Origin: Fistulifera solaris
Taxonomy: Eukaryota
Assembly (NCBI GenBank): GCA_030295235.1
Contig: AP026123.1
Coordinates: 124,001-188,000 of the forward strand
Direction: 5' to 3'
DNA length: 64,000 nucleotides
Part shown: positions 35,823 to 46,698 of the stretch, one piece after another
How positions within the stretch are numbered: position 1 is the first letter of the stretch
How the letters are laid out: each line of letters starts with the position of its first letter
Translations under genes and position numbers: made by a program
The notes under the pieces: generated by a model
Databases searched by the model: none
What the model was told of the DNA's origin: nothing
What the model saw: the letters and a program-made list of their open reading frames with translations, nothing else

Positions 35823-37730
35823 TTACTGTTTCCACACGTTTTTGAATAAGCTGGGCCCGGATCGTTGTCTCCGCGTGGCAAAGAAATTGGCCAAACTTTC
35901 TTCGAAATCAGATGCTCTTACATGCGGAGTTATATCGCCATGAGACGAGCCATCTCGTAGACTGTCCGAAATTCGTCGGACGGCTCGGATGGCGGCTTCG
36001 TTGACTAGGAATTCAAGTTCAGCTCCACTGAAACCATCCGTCAGAGCGGCAATCGCCGACAAGTCCACGCGTTGTCCGATTCCCAACGCTCCAGGACGGC
36101 TACTATCCACACCCGAGCCTTCCAAAAAACCCGGTAGTTTTTTACAATGAACTCGCAGTATATTTTCGCGTCCCTTGGCATCCGGAAGGCGCAATTGAAC
36201 GATACGATCAAATCGTCCTGGGCGTACCAAAGCAGGATCCAAGACGTCACGACGATTGGTGGCTGCAAGCACGCAGATTCCACGTGTACTGTCCAAGCCG
36301 TCCTTCAACAAAAATGTGAGAGACGTCCTGCTAGAAGCGCCAGTCGAGAACAAGACTACAAAAGAGGACGTACCATACAGGCCAGCAATTGGTTCAGGGT
36401 TTGCTCCGCTTCGTCATTCGAACGCGACATACCAGGAAAGGATCCCGCACCAAAGTCTCGAGTTTTACCGAGTGCATCCAATTCATCAATGAATAATATA
36501 CACGGTGACAACTTAGAAGCCTTTTCGAACAAATTTCGAACACGCGCCGCTCCACGACCGACAAACATTTCCACAAAGTCACTGCCACTGCAATAGATCA
36601 AAGGCACTCCGGCAGTGGCTGCAGTGGCTCGCGCTAGCATCGTCTTTCCCGTCCCGGGCGGACCTTCCAACAACAAACCCGTGGGAGCGCGAGCACCCAA
36701 CATGGCGTATTTGTTCGGATTTCGTAATGTATCCACCAATTCCATGACTTCCGCTTTGACATCATCAATTCCCTGAATTTCATCAAAATTGGCCAACGGC
36801 AAATCGCTGACTTTCGCCAGTTTTCCCGGTACATCATTTTTGCCGCCACCACCACCAGCACGGCCCACGGTTTGGTACAATCTCCACAAAATCAAAAAGT
36901 AAAACGAGAGGAGCGAACTGCGCACGAACATGGACAAGACGGATTGTGTTGCTTTCGATTCTGCGGCAAACGAAATGTCATTTTTGCGCAAAGCGTTCAG
37001 TAATTCGGGCGAAGCAGCCACTTTTCGGGCGTACGCAGATATGTAAGGACGTGTTTTGCGCACTTTCATTTTTCGTCGTTTGGTATTCGCCAGCCAACTT
37101 TTGGGTTTGGCTTGTTCTATAGGAGCCGGTGTATCGACAGGGCCAGCAGTTTCCGCCGCCTGTTGCGGATACAATCGAAAGGCAACACGTTCGGAGCCAA
37201 TGCGAACTTGATCCATGTAAAAGTCGCTGGGTGCTTCTTGCTGTCGCTCGACAAGATCCAAGAAGCGGCTGTAAGATATTTCCACCGGAGACGGCGCCAT
37301 GACCGTTCTTGCCGCAGTATTGGCTATTGATCCAAACAATAATGCTATAACTAATCCCTGTACCATCAGAATGCGCCGAGCTCGTTTAGAAAGTTGACTG
37401 AATCGAGTCGAAAGACGCACTTGTAGTGACACAAGCTTGCGAAGGAATTTCAAAATTGGGCCTTTGGGTTGTCTAGGTGAATTTTGACCGGACGTTTCAT
37501 CGAATGATGAATAAAGCGGAGATATAAATAGAGGGGGAAGTACGCGGAAAGGAATTGGAGAGAATTCCTCGAGCAGGAGATGCAGAAGCATGCAAGGAAA
37601 GCTGACGATTACTTGTACTCGCAAAGCCTTCCGCTCCTTTTTGAAGAACATTCACATGCTGAAATGCTAAAGCGCCAGCGGATAGTCCATGTACAACCGA
37701 AGCCAAGTAAAGCACGCGAACTCTTCCCAT
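35823..37730 (-). CDS. FtsH-like AAA+ ATPase without an M41 protease domain, probably plastid-targeted; intron 36303-36373, frameshift ~37500
   Basis: Signal peptide ending ALA-FQ; TM segments; [70 protein letters not shown]. The stop follows soon after, with no HEXXH. Confidence 0.88.
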
Positions 37731-38515
37731 GGTGATGAAGGTCGCTTATCTTTTGTTATTATGCGAGAAAAGCTTGCATATGATGAGAATGAGACGATGG
37801 AGAAAGTTGATCATCGTTTGACGCGAGTGTGTGTCGTTGTAATACTGTAAAAAAAGTGACGTGTAAAAACGCCGTACCTGGTACAAATCAATCGCATTCA
37901 TGACTCATGACTAAAGAATGCAGTCGTGAAGAAAAGTATTCTTCTCTTTGGGTCTATAGTAAATGTTGCCCGAGAGCAAGATCCGCGGCGCCTTCAAAAT
38001 GCTTGAGATGAATGAATGCTGACTTGGTCACCTCTTGAACTTGCTACAAGTATCCTTGCATAACTCGTCAAAGTTGATAATTACGGAGTCATCTACAAAA
38101 TAATTCACGACTCAATGCAGTCGTGGTGAAATCCGGAAAACACTATAGGTGATACGGAGTAGTGAATATTGAAAAGCCACACCAGCAGACTAACAACTCA
38201 TTTTTAATCCAGAAAATACAAAATTGAGCGAATAGTCTCTAGTAAAATGCTTTGAATGATAAAGCAATGATTGTCGTTGAACAGAGAATGAATTGAGCTG
38301 AAAGGGAAGATCGCAAAATTTCAAATGTCACTTAGCGATGTCGCACCCTCACAGGAAGTAGTTGAAATCAAGTCGTAGCGGCTACTTATCATTAGGAACG
38401 AAACTTGAAGCCACTGACGGGGGAGATCCGTCACAACAACTCCTTTTCCGAACTGTTTCCGAACTGTTTTTCTCACAATTTTTTCGTATTTCTCTTTCAA
38501 ATTGAGGCGCCCAAC

Positions 38516-39139
38516 ATGTTTCGAACCAGCTTTCATTTGTGCCTTATTGCTGTTGCGGTAGCATATCAGCCATTCAAAGTACCCAAAACACCGGTGCAGG
38601 TCAAAGCAGCGAATGCCGCGGCCACTGCCGCTCTTGCCGTGCTTCTTTCGGCATCATCACCGGCGGGGGCGAGTACTACGGCCGCACAAATCTCACTGGA
38701 TCAAATTCCACCCACGAGTATCAGCGTCCAGATTGGAGACTTGCCAGTTCTCGGCAAGGCATTGAGTGGGACTTACACCAAGGTCCCCGACGGCAGTTTC
38801 TCTGGCAAACCTTCCATCGTCATCAAGTCACCCGAAGACAAGGTGAAAGCCGTTCAGAATTTGGCCACGAGTGGACGCTTGGAATTCGATGTCAATGGAA
38901 AGATCAAGACGCATCTTGACATTGACTTGGCGGCGGATGAACCTGGTGTAGCTCGTGTACGTGTTGCTTCCGAACTCATTCCCAAATTGCCCTACAAAAA
39001 TCTGGCTTCCTCGTCAAGCTCACCCACGGGTGGGCGCGAGAGTGCCTGGAATATCGTCACCAATATGGGCAATGGAGAGTCGTATTATTACAATGTCAAG
39101 TCTGGTGTGACGCAATACGAACGACCGGACAAGTTTTAA
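38516..39139 (+). CDS. Plastid (probably thylakoid-lumen) protein with a C-terminal WW-like domain
   Basis: Signal peptide AVA-YQ, then a second hydrophobic Ala-rich stretch ending SPAGA. C-terminus is AWNIVTNMGNGESYYYNVKSGVTQYERP. Confidence 0.75.
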   Translation: MFRTSFHLCLIAVAVAYQPFKVPKTPVQVKAANAAATAALAVLLSASSPAGASTTAAQISLDQIPPTSISVQIGDLPVLGKALSGTYTKVPDGSFSGKPSIVIKSPEDKVKAVQNLATSGRLEFDVNGKIKTHLDIDLAADEPGVARVRVASELIPKLPYKNLASSSSSPTGGRESAWNIVTNMGNGESYYYNVKSGVTQYERPDKF

Positions 39140-39505
39140 GGACGAGCTCTCGATCTTTTTTATATTTTCTCCAAGAACACACTGCTACGAATAATCTGTT
39201 TTATATAATATACGAATAGGGAGCTACACTTCAACTTTCTCAAATCGTACCGACTAATAAAACTAATGCGAAGTTAGATGTATCGTCGTTGAGATTCTTG
39301 ACGCACGCACGCAATGAGCACGCACCATCATGTAATCCTGAACCTTATTGTTCTGTAAACGAAAGTACTCTCGCGATTTTTAAGCGGACCGCCGACGATG
39401 ATGTTTTTGAATGACAAAAGTTTGAGAGCGTCTTTGTACTGTTAATCATTTGCAATACAGTTTCATAACAGTTCCACAAATACCGCAATTTCCTTAAAAG
39501 AAAAC

Positions 39506-42500
39506 ATGTCGAACAAATTATCCAGCAAAGAGCAGGAAATACTGGAGCGTCAAAGAAAACTGGCAGCGAGATTCAAGCCGCCTCCTCCTAGCGCACCTCC
39601 GCCTTCGTCGTCGTCTCAAATTCCTGCTGCGAAATCAAAGCCCCACGCTTCCGCAACTGCACAAACGAACTCGTCAACAATCGATTTAACTCATTCGTCC
39701 GATGCAACAAGTCAGAAACGCCCATCGAAGAAGCGACCCTTGTCTACTTCTTCTGCATCCGCACAAGCTGTGTTAGCGGCAGCCCGCGTCAAGGCACAAG
39801 CGACCAGTGCACCAACCAAACCTACATCGACGGGACGATCTTCGCAAGAAACGGAATCGAAACCATCTCCGAAATTGAAACGAAAAGTAGTGGAACGACG
39901 GGATAGTGCAGGGACTTCTTTGGCGAAACTAGTACAACATGTCACGGCGACTTCTACGAAAAATAATTTGTTGGACCTGGATGACAATCACAACAGCAAT
40001 ACCATGCCTTCTATAGAACCAGATGACTTTTGGAAACATTTGCGGGAATGGGATTTTTGTATCACAACTCGCCAGTGAGACTCGTATGCAATGTAATAAC
40101 ACGGCATCATCCAGTAATGATGATGACCTTAATTCAAAGAAGCCACTGCCGAATGTCTTTTTGAACCATCGGCATTACATGTCGGCTTGGGCGCCTTTGT
40201 GTTTGGCGGAGTGTCGGGCACAAATTCTACAACAATTCAACACCTATAGTAGCGTAAAAGCGAAACCGATTCTTGTCACCACCGAAACTACTTCGAGTCG
40301 ATCGAGAGCAAGAAACTTTCAAAAGAATGCCCCCATGGCCGATATTTCGTGGATGGAAGAAAATGAAACAGGAAGCTACATATTAATACGTCCTCAAAAA
40401 CGACAAGACGGCTCGGATTTGAAGTTTTCAGCCAATGATTTGGTTCTTCTAATCCGACCCGATTATCCAAACATTCTTAACGACATTGAAACTGGAGTTG
40501 CGCGCCCTCCAGACGGTAAGGATCCCGATGATCCTCATGCCTACAAATCAGTCGGACTCGTTGGTCACACAGAAATGTCGAGAAATGAACTAAATGGACT
40601 CGTTGTCAAGGTTTCCAAGCGGCGATGGGCCGTCGTGGGCAAGAAAGAAATGTATCTTGTTCCCTTGGGGAACAACATTACCGCGTTACGTGAATTCACG
40701 GCATTGTGTCGCGTGGATCAATTACCCTTGAAACAGTATCTATTCGGACTGCATTTGGAGAAGGTCGAAAATCGTCGGAAACTGTCGAGTCGACAATCGA
40801 CCGAGCAACTGCTACAGTTAATGGGCGGGAAGCAATCACTGGGACCTGGATTCATCGACTTTTGTAAAAACAAATTCAATGCGAGTCAGTTGACAGCTAT
40901 TACGGCATCAGCGCACGAATATGGGGATGGAGGTTTCACTCTTATAAAAGGACCGCCAGGAACGGGGAGTAAGTGTTCTACTTATTATATCAAAAGATTG
41001 CTCGATCTAACTTCAATCTAATGCTGTCACAGAAACAACAACTCTAGTTGCAGTATTAAACTCACTGCATATTCGTCAGTATAACAAGTATTACGAGGAA
41101 GTTCGTCGCATTGCGGCTTTAACAACGGGAAGTCGACAAGCTGCCTTGGAAATAGCTCGAAAGGCTAAACCACGGCTTCTCATTTGTGCACCATCAAATG
41201 CAGCTGTAGATAACGTGATACTCAAAATCATGGCGGATGGATTCATTGATGGACAAGGGCAACGCTACAATCCTAGCATGATTCGCGTTGGTGTTGGCCA
41301 GAGCGATGCGGTTCGAGCAGTTTCCTTGGAAGCTAAAGTGGATGCTATTCTGGGAGAATATTCCGATATTTCTTCTTTAGAACAATCGATAGTGGGATTC
41401 AAGGTTGAGCTGACGCGAATAACGCAAGATATCGCTAGTCTGCGTCGACGCTTGCACGCCATCCAGCATTGCTCTCCATATAGCGTATCAAAGGATTGGG
41501 AAATTCGAATCGACGAAGAATCTTTTGACGACACTGGCCGCGTGTACTATGTCAACCACAAGCTGAAACTCACGACATACGACTTACCTCCTCCCCCGGA
41601 ACCCGGTGAGCAAGTGTTTCCTTCGACGTCCATGCCAGAGTATCGCTCCTATCTCTCTCGTATTGTAAAACTCGTCGAAAATTACTTCTCCGTAAAATCA
41701 GAGCTTGAACGATGCACAATAATTTCAGGAGCGGTCGCAAATGGAGCGAATCACATCGAAATCCGTCAAAACATGGAGACCCACTTGCTAAATTCTGTTC
41801 ATATGGTCATGACTACATTGGGCACGGCCGGAAATCGCACTTTAGAAGGGATCGACAAATTCGAGGTCGTCGTCGTTGACGAGGCTGCGCAGAGCGTGGA
41901 GCCTGCAAGTCTATCTGCTCTTCAGCTAGGGAATCGACACTGTGTACTGGTGGGTGATCCGCAGCAACTTCCTGCTACTATTTTTAATGTATCGGGTCGT
42001 GGTTCGAAGTATGATCGCAGTTTGTTCCAGCGCCTCGAAGAAGCTGGGCAGCCTGTCTATATGTTGAATGAACAGTATCGAATGCACCCCAAGATATCTC
42101 ATTTTCCACGTCACATTTTCTACGGTGGTGCGTTGCTTGATGGGCCCAACGTTCGCCAAGGTGATTATGGTGACCCGCTTCGTAGCATACTTTGTCGGAG
42201 TGTTCCCAACTTTCAGCCGTTTACAATATTGGACTTGGACTCTAAAGAAGAACGAGGGGGTACTAGTTTGGCAAACTCTGCTGAAGCCAGGCTTTGCGTT
42301 TATATTTACCAGCAATTGAAGACTCTGACTCGGGGTCTGTCAACAACCAGTCGCGTTGCAATCATAACACCCTACGCTGAGCAGATGCGCTTGCTACGTA
42401 AAACCTTCTCAAACGAGTTGGGTCGCAATTACGAAGCCTTCGTTGAAGTGAACACGGTAGACGCGTTCCAAGGACGGGAGGCCAATATCGTCATTTTCTC

Positions 42501-42741
42501 CGCAGTCCGTGCGTCCGGAAGTCATGGTATTGGATTTCTTTCCGACGTTCGTCGCATGAACGTCGCCCTCACCCGAGCGAAACATTTCTTGTTCGTTATT
42601 GCTCGTTGCGAATCGATTGTCGTGAATCCGTATTGGAGAGATCTGGTTCAGCACGCTCGAGCGACAAATGCCGTGGTTCAGGTGCCCCTGTCAGATAATG
42701 CCTCGTTTGGCGATTTAACTAGCTGGAAACTGGAACATTGA
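39506..42741 (+). CDS. SEN1: Sen1/senataxin-like UPF1-family SF1 helicase with an inserted WW domain; frameshift ~40053-40058, intron 40969-41032
   Basis: Spliced [67 protein letters not shown] and RRMNVALTRAK motifs. Confidence 0.88.
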
Positions 42742-43359
42742 GACTCAACATGTCTCCTTTATCAAGATCGTAGCTATCGACTTCATTGAGTGTGAAGTGA
42801 TATTTGTTGTCAGCAAAGTAAAAGCGCTGCATTAGAATATTACGAGGTTGTACAATTACCCAGCACGACATAATCTACGATCGACAGAGGTTGCCACATT
42901 CTAGTTAGAGGCCCATCCACTGTCAGAAAACCAAGAAGACTAATAAATCTTGAATGTCGGGGTCAGCATTGTGGTGAATCATTTATCCCTAAAATACCTG
43001 ATTAGCTGGCAGAGACATTCGCGAAGAAGGTGCGCTCCGTTGACCACCTGGTCACCCATCGTCCTTGCTTCCCTGAATTTGTTGATCCTATTTATTTATT
43101 TATTTATTATTTCTACCTACAGAGCGAAAGACGAAGTAATGCTCATTTCCCGTAATGCATCCGCCCCTTAAAGGTTTTTGGACAAACGAAAGATGATCCT
43201 TCTGTCCTTTCTGCTTTCCACTTTAGTGACCATTCTCGCGGAAAGGAGAAGATTTGAACTCAGCAACAGATACACGATTATTCTAGTCAAAGTTAGACTG
43301 TTTCATCCACACGTAGACCTTAGACATTTGAAGGGTTGCATTGTGCATACGTCAACACA

Positions 43360-43580
43360 CCACGCCCCCAGATTTTCTGGAAAGTTCAAAATACCAGACT
43401 CCCAGATTTTCTGGATACGTCAAAATGCCACACCCCCAGATTTTCTGGATAGGGCACAATTTCCATTCTCCCAGATTTTCTGGACACTTCAAATACCACA
43501 CACCCAGATTTTCTGGGAATTACGTCCCCACGTTTTCTGTGCATGTGAAAATACCGCCTACCCACATTTTCTGTGGACGT
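43360..43580. repeat. ~34-bp-period array of the palindrome CCCAGATTTTCTGG with variable spacers
   Basis: Copies start at 43367, 43401, 43435, 43470 and 43503, with degenerate copies at 43527 and 43561. Confidence 0.9.
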
Positions 43581-43781
43581 AGAAAACACCACAAGCCCTC
43601 TCCTCCTCCTCCGCCATCAAAAACTCGCATCATCGCGATGATTTCACTTCAATATTATTTGAATGAATAGCATCGTTGTTGATGATTTCCCAACTAAAAA
43701 AGAGAGAAAAAGAAACCAATAACATCTTTGACTATTTCTTTCCTATCAAAGCACTTGTCATTAAGTGAGCGCTAACAAACG

Positions 43782-45023
43782 ATGACGTTTAGCCTTTTCT
43801 ACAAGAAGGAGAGTTTGGTTCGCTTCATTATGGCGTCCTTGTCGGCTAGCATCTTTCTTGGTCGTCATGGAGCTGCACGAGCATTTCTAGCTACCCCAAC
43901 ATTTACTTCTGTTCTTCGTGGTGGATCGGAGTTCTCGGCCCTGCACGTACAACAGCAACGGTTTACAACCTCGACAACAATCTATTCGACGGCGCACGCG
44001 CAACCCGAACTATTGAAGACTCTCATTGCGCCAAAACTGACACAGAAATCATTCGGAGGCCTCAGCTATATGGACACTCGATCCGCGACGAGTAAAGAAT
44101 TCTTTCGAGTATTGTTTGTATTAGGAGGCCCCGGTGCTGGTAAAGGAACCCAGAGTGCATTAATGGAGGAACACTATCCGACCGTCCATTTATCCGTCGG
44201 AGAGCTCTTGCGCAACGAGCAAACAAAAGAAAACTCTCCCTTTCGAGAAATTATACAAACTTATCTGGTGGCTGGGCAAATTGTACCAGTAGAAATAAGT
44301 CTTTCACTCTTGCAGCATGCCATGAGAGAGAAGGAACAACAGCAAGGACGACAGCTCATCTTTTTGGTAGATGGTTTTCCACGAAACTATGACAATTTGA
44401 ATGGTTGGTGCGACGTCATGAGCGAGGTAGCGGCTCTTTGGGGAGTGTTGGTCTACCAGTGCCCACTGAATGTGCTTGAAGAACGAATCTTGAAGCGAGC
44501 GAAAGACTCGGGACGTTCGGATGACAATTTAGAGAGTTTGCGAAAGCGATTTCAAACGTTTGTAGGTGAAACAATTCCGATTGTCGAAACGCTGCGAGAT
44601 GCCTCAACAGCGACAGCGGAACACGAATCATCTCAATGGTGTGTTACAGATATAAGTGGCGATCAGCCGTTGCAAGATGTTTGGCTAGCAACTCAGGCTG
44701 TACTAAATCAACTTATTTTGCATGATGTCGTCACAGCAAATGTAGCTCTGCTGGAGTCGATCGAGAATGACGATGTAACGACTTACCAAAGCCTTTGCGA
44801 TCACCTCTGGTTTGAAGGAAAAGACGTCGCTGAGGTTATGCAAGCGCAAGAAGGAAAATCCCAAATGAATGTACGCGATGCACAGCTGGATGTCATATCC
44901 GGTCGGCATGTTGCTTTGAGCTATCGTCGGATGTTCGAAGGTGTTGATGTTTGCGAGAAGCGAATCTGGATGCATCAGGGGATTCACGGATGGCGGAATG
45001 TTCATTTTTCAAGAACTCCGTAG
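43782..45023 (+). CDS. UMP-CMP kinase with an N-terminal targeting peptide and a C-terminal NTF2-like (CaMKII association domain-like) domain
   Basis: VLFVLGGPGAGKGTQ, HLSVGELLR, GQIVPVEI, LVDGFPRN and SGRSDDNLESLRKRF motifs, plus a ~100-aa C-terminal extension. Confidence 0.88.
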   Translation: MTFSLFYKKESLVRFIMASLSASIFLGRHGAARAFLATPTFTSVLRGGSEFSALHVQQQRFTTSTTIYSTAHAQPELLKTLIAPKLTQKSFGGLSYMDTRSATSKEFFRVLFVLGGPGAGKGTQSALMEEHYPTVHLSVGELLRNEQTKENSPFREIIQTYLVAGQIVPVEISLSLLQHAMREKEQQQGRQLIFLVDGFPRNYDNLNGWCDVMSEVAALWGVLVYQCPLNVLEERILKRAKDSGRSDDNLESLRKRFQTFVGETIPIVETLRDASTATAEHESSQWCVTDISGDQPLQDVWLATQAVLNQLILHDVVTANVALLESIENDDVTTYQSLCDHLWFEGKDVAEVMQAQEGKSQMNVRDAQLDVISGRHVALSYRRMFEGVDVCEKRIWMHQGIHGWRNVHFSRTP

Positions 45024-45110
45024 CTGCAGCATAGCTAATACCCTTACATTGTTAAATCTGAGCTTAAACGCTAAACCCAATTTCTTAACTTTGTTGAGGT
45101 ATTTCCACTA

Positions 45111-46340
45111 TCAGTCGGTAGCGTCACTTGAAGCTTCTTCTAGTATTTGCAACACCGTAACGGCCCTCAACTCATGAATACCGCCCTTCCCCTGAAGTTG
45201 CCGTAAAACGGGCTGAACATTGGAGTACGACCGCAAACGTTCGACGCATTCGGCGCCATGTTGAGCCAGATGAACAAGAATCATAAGTGATGACGTCTCC
45301 AATGAGTCTTGTCGCCAAAAGCCCAAGTCCGAATTCGTTCGTAAAGATACTTCGAGGCACTGGATGGCCGCCGAGGGAAATATGGTTTCCTTGGCCACAA
45401 CAACAGCATTTTCTTTCCACGATGACAAATGACGCATCAGACAAAGACACCATCTGACAGCTTCTCGTTCGACGGACAATACATCCGACGCGTGATCGGG
45501 ATTGATCACAAATGGCAAACAGTCTTTGGTCAGAGATTCGATGATGCGAACTAAAGATGTCGTCTTTTTCAAGTATGTTGCCGAATAAGTCTCTGACCTT
45601 CGTTCTGACGGAACGTATCGAAATAGAATTGGTTTGGCTTCGGGTAAAAGTGACAAGTTGAATAAACAGACAACGGCTAAATAGCATTCGGATACCCGCG
45701 CGCTGATCGTTTCCAGTAAAGCCGATATTAAAGAAAGACCCTGGTCTCCCAACAGGATAGCTGCTTTATTTTCCATGGGAATACATAGATTGTTGATTAA
45801 TAACAAGGCTTGCCTTCTATCGATGCTGGGCCCCGTGGGCGCTAATGACGGAAGGATTGCACCGATCAAGTCGTACTTCGTCGTACATACCGCGGCGACC
45901 CTGTGATAGGAACGATGTCATGGAATTGTGAGATACAAGCACACTCGCCGTTTCATTTATTCACTTCCTCGGATCAAAACATACCGATTTGCTTCGTGTT
46001 CTCGGTCAGTGAGTCTATAAATTCGTTGTAAAGCGACCGTTCTCCCTCTCCCTTCACTTCGCAAAGGACCCAAGAGACTTTTGATGGTTGCCGAGATCGG
46101 TGCCGGTTCGAACCACGAGTGATCGACAATGACACAAGAACTCGTCGTGTCGGAATTCGGAGTGAAACATGACGCAGGATTCATACGAGAAAGAAGAGTC
46201 CCCACAAACGAATCATCCGAAGAAAAGTCTGTCATACTTTTGATGCTCTCCAAGGCGTCTTCTAACATGCTGTTTTCGTCTTCATTGCTCTCCGTCGCAG
46301 AAGACGTTCGGTCGATTGCCTCGGGTGTCATTACCATCAT
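45111..46340 (-). CDS. Hypothetical ARM-repeat-like helical protein; intron 45901-45984
   Basis: The GTATG...CAG intron joins ORFs 45957-46340 and 45111-45869 in frame. RRQALLLINNLCIPMENK, CLFNLS and LMRHLS are ARM-like segments. Confidence 0.7.
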
Positions 46341-46698
46341 TGTTTTATTGTTTCACTGAATAATATGTACCTTCAACAACACATATCTCTTTAGTTCTCA
46401 CGATCGTTGCTTTTTATCTCTCGCACACAAAAGGTGCGCGTCGTCGCATCGCTGTTTTTTCGATCCGCGCACAAAGCGCGCTTGAAGCGCGCGCAGCTAA
46501 GCCAAGTTTATGATGCACAGTACAATTTATTTAGCTGTTTTTCGTCCGTTGGAGCCTCGGAGGGAAGTTGAATGATGAATTTTGGCGTCTCACCTTTTTC
46601 CCATTGAACGCCTTTCGAGTGAGAGTCTTTGTTTGCATCAAGAGAGAAAGAAAGTAACTCTGATAGTCGTTTGCGCTACAACACGGAAAGAAGAAACC

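Noticed and set aside
46476..46500. GC-rich palindrome GCGCGCTT-G-AAGCGCGC followed by CTAA, like a Helitron 3' end
   Set aside because: Spacing to CTRR is too short, no 5' end or second copy is seen, and it may simply be a promoter element.
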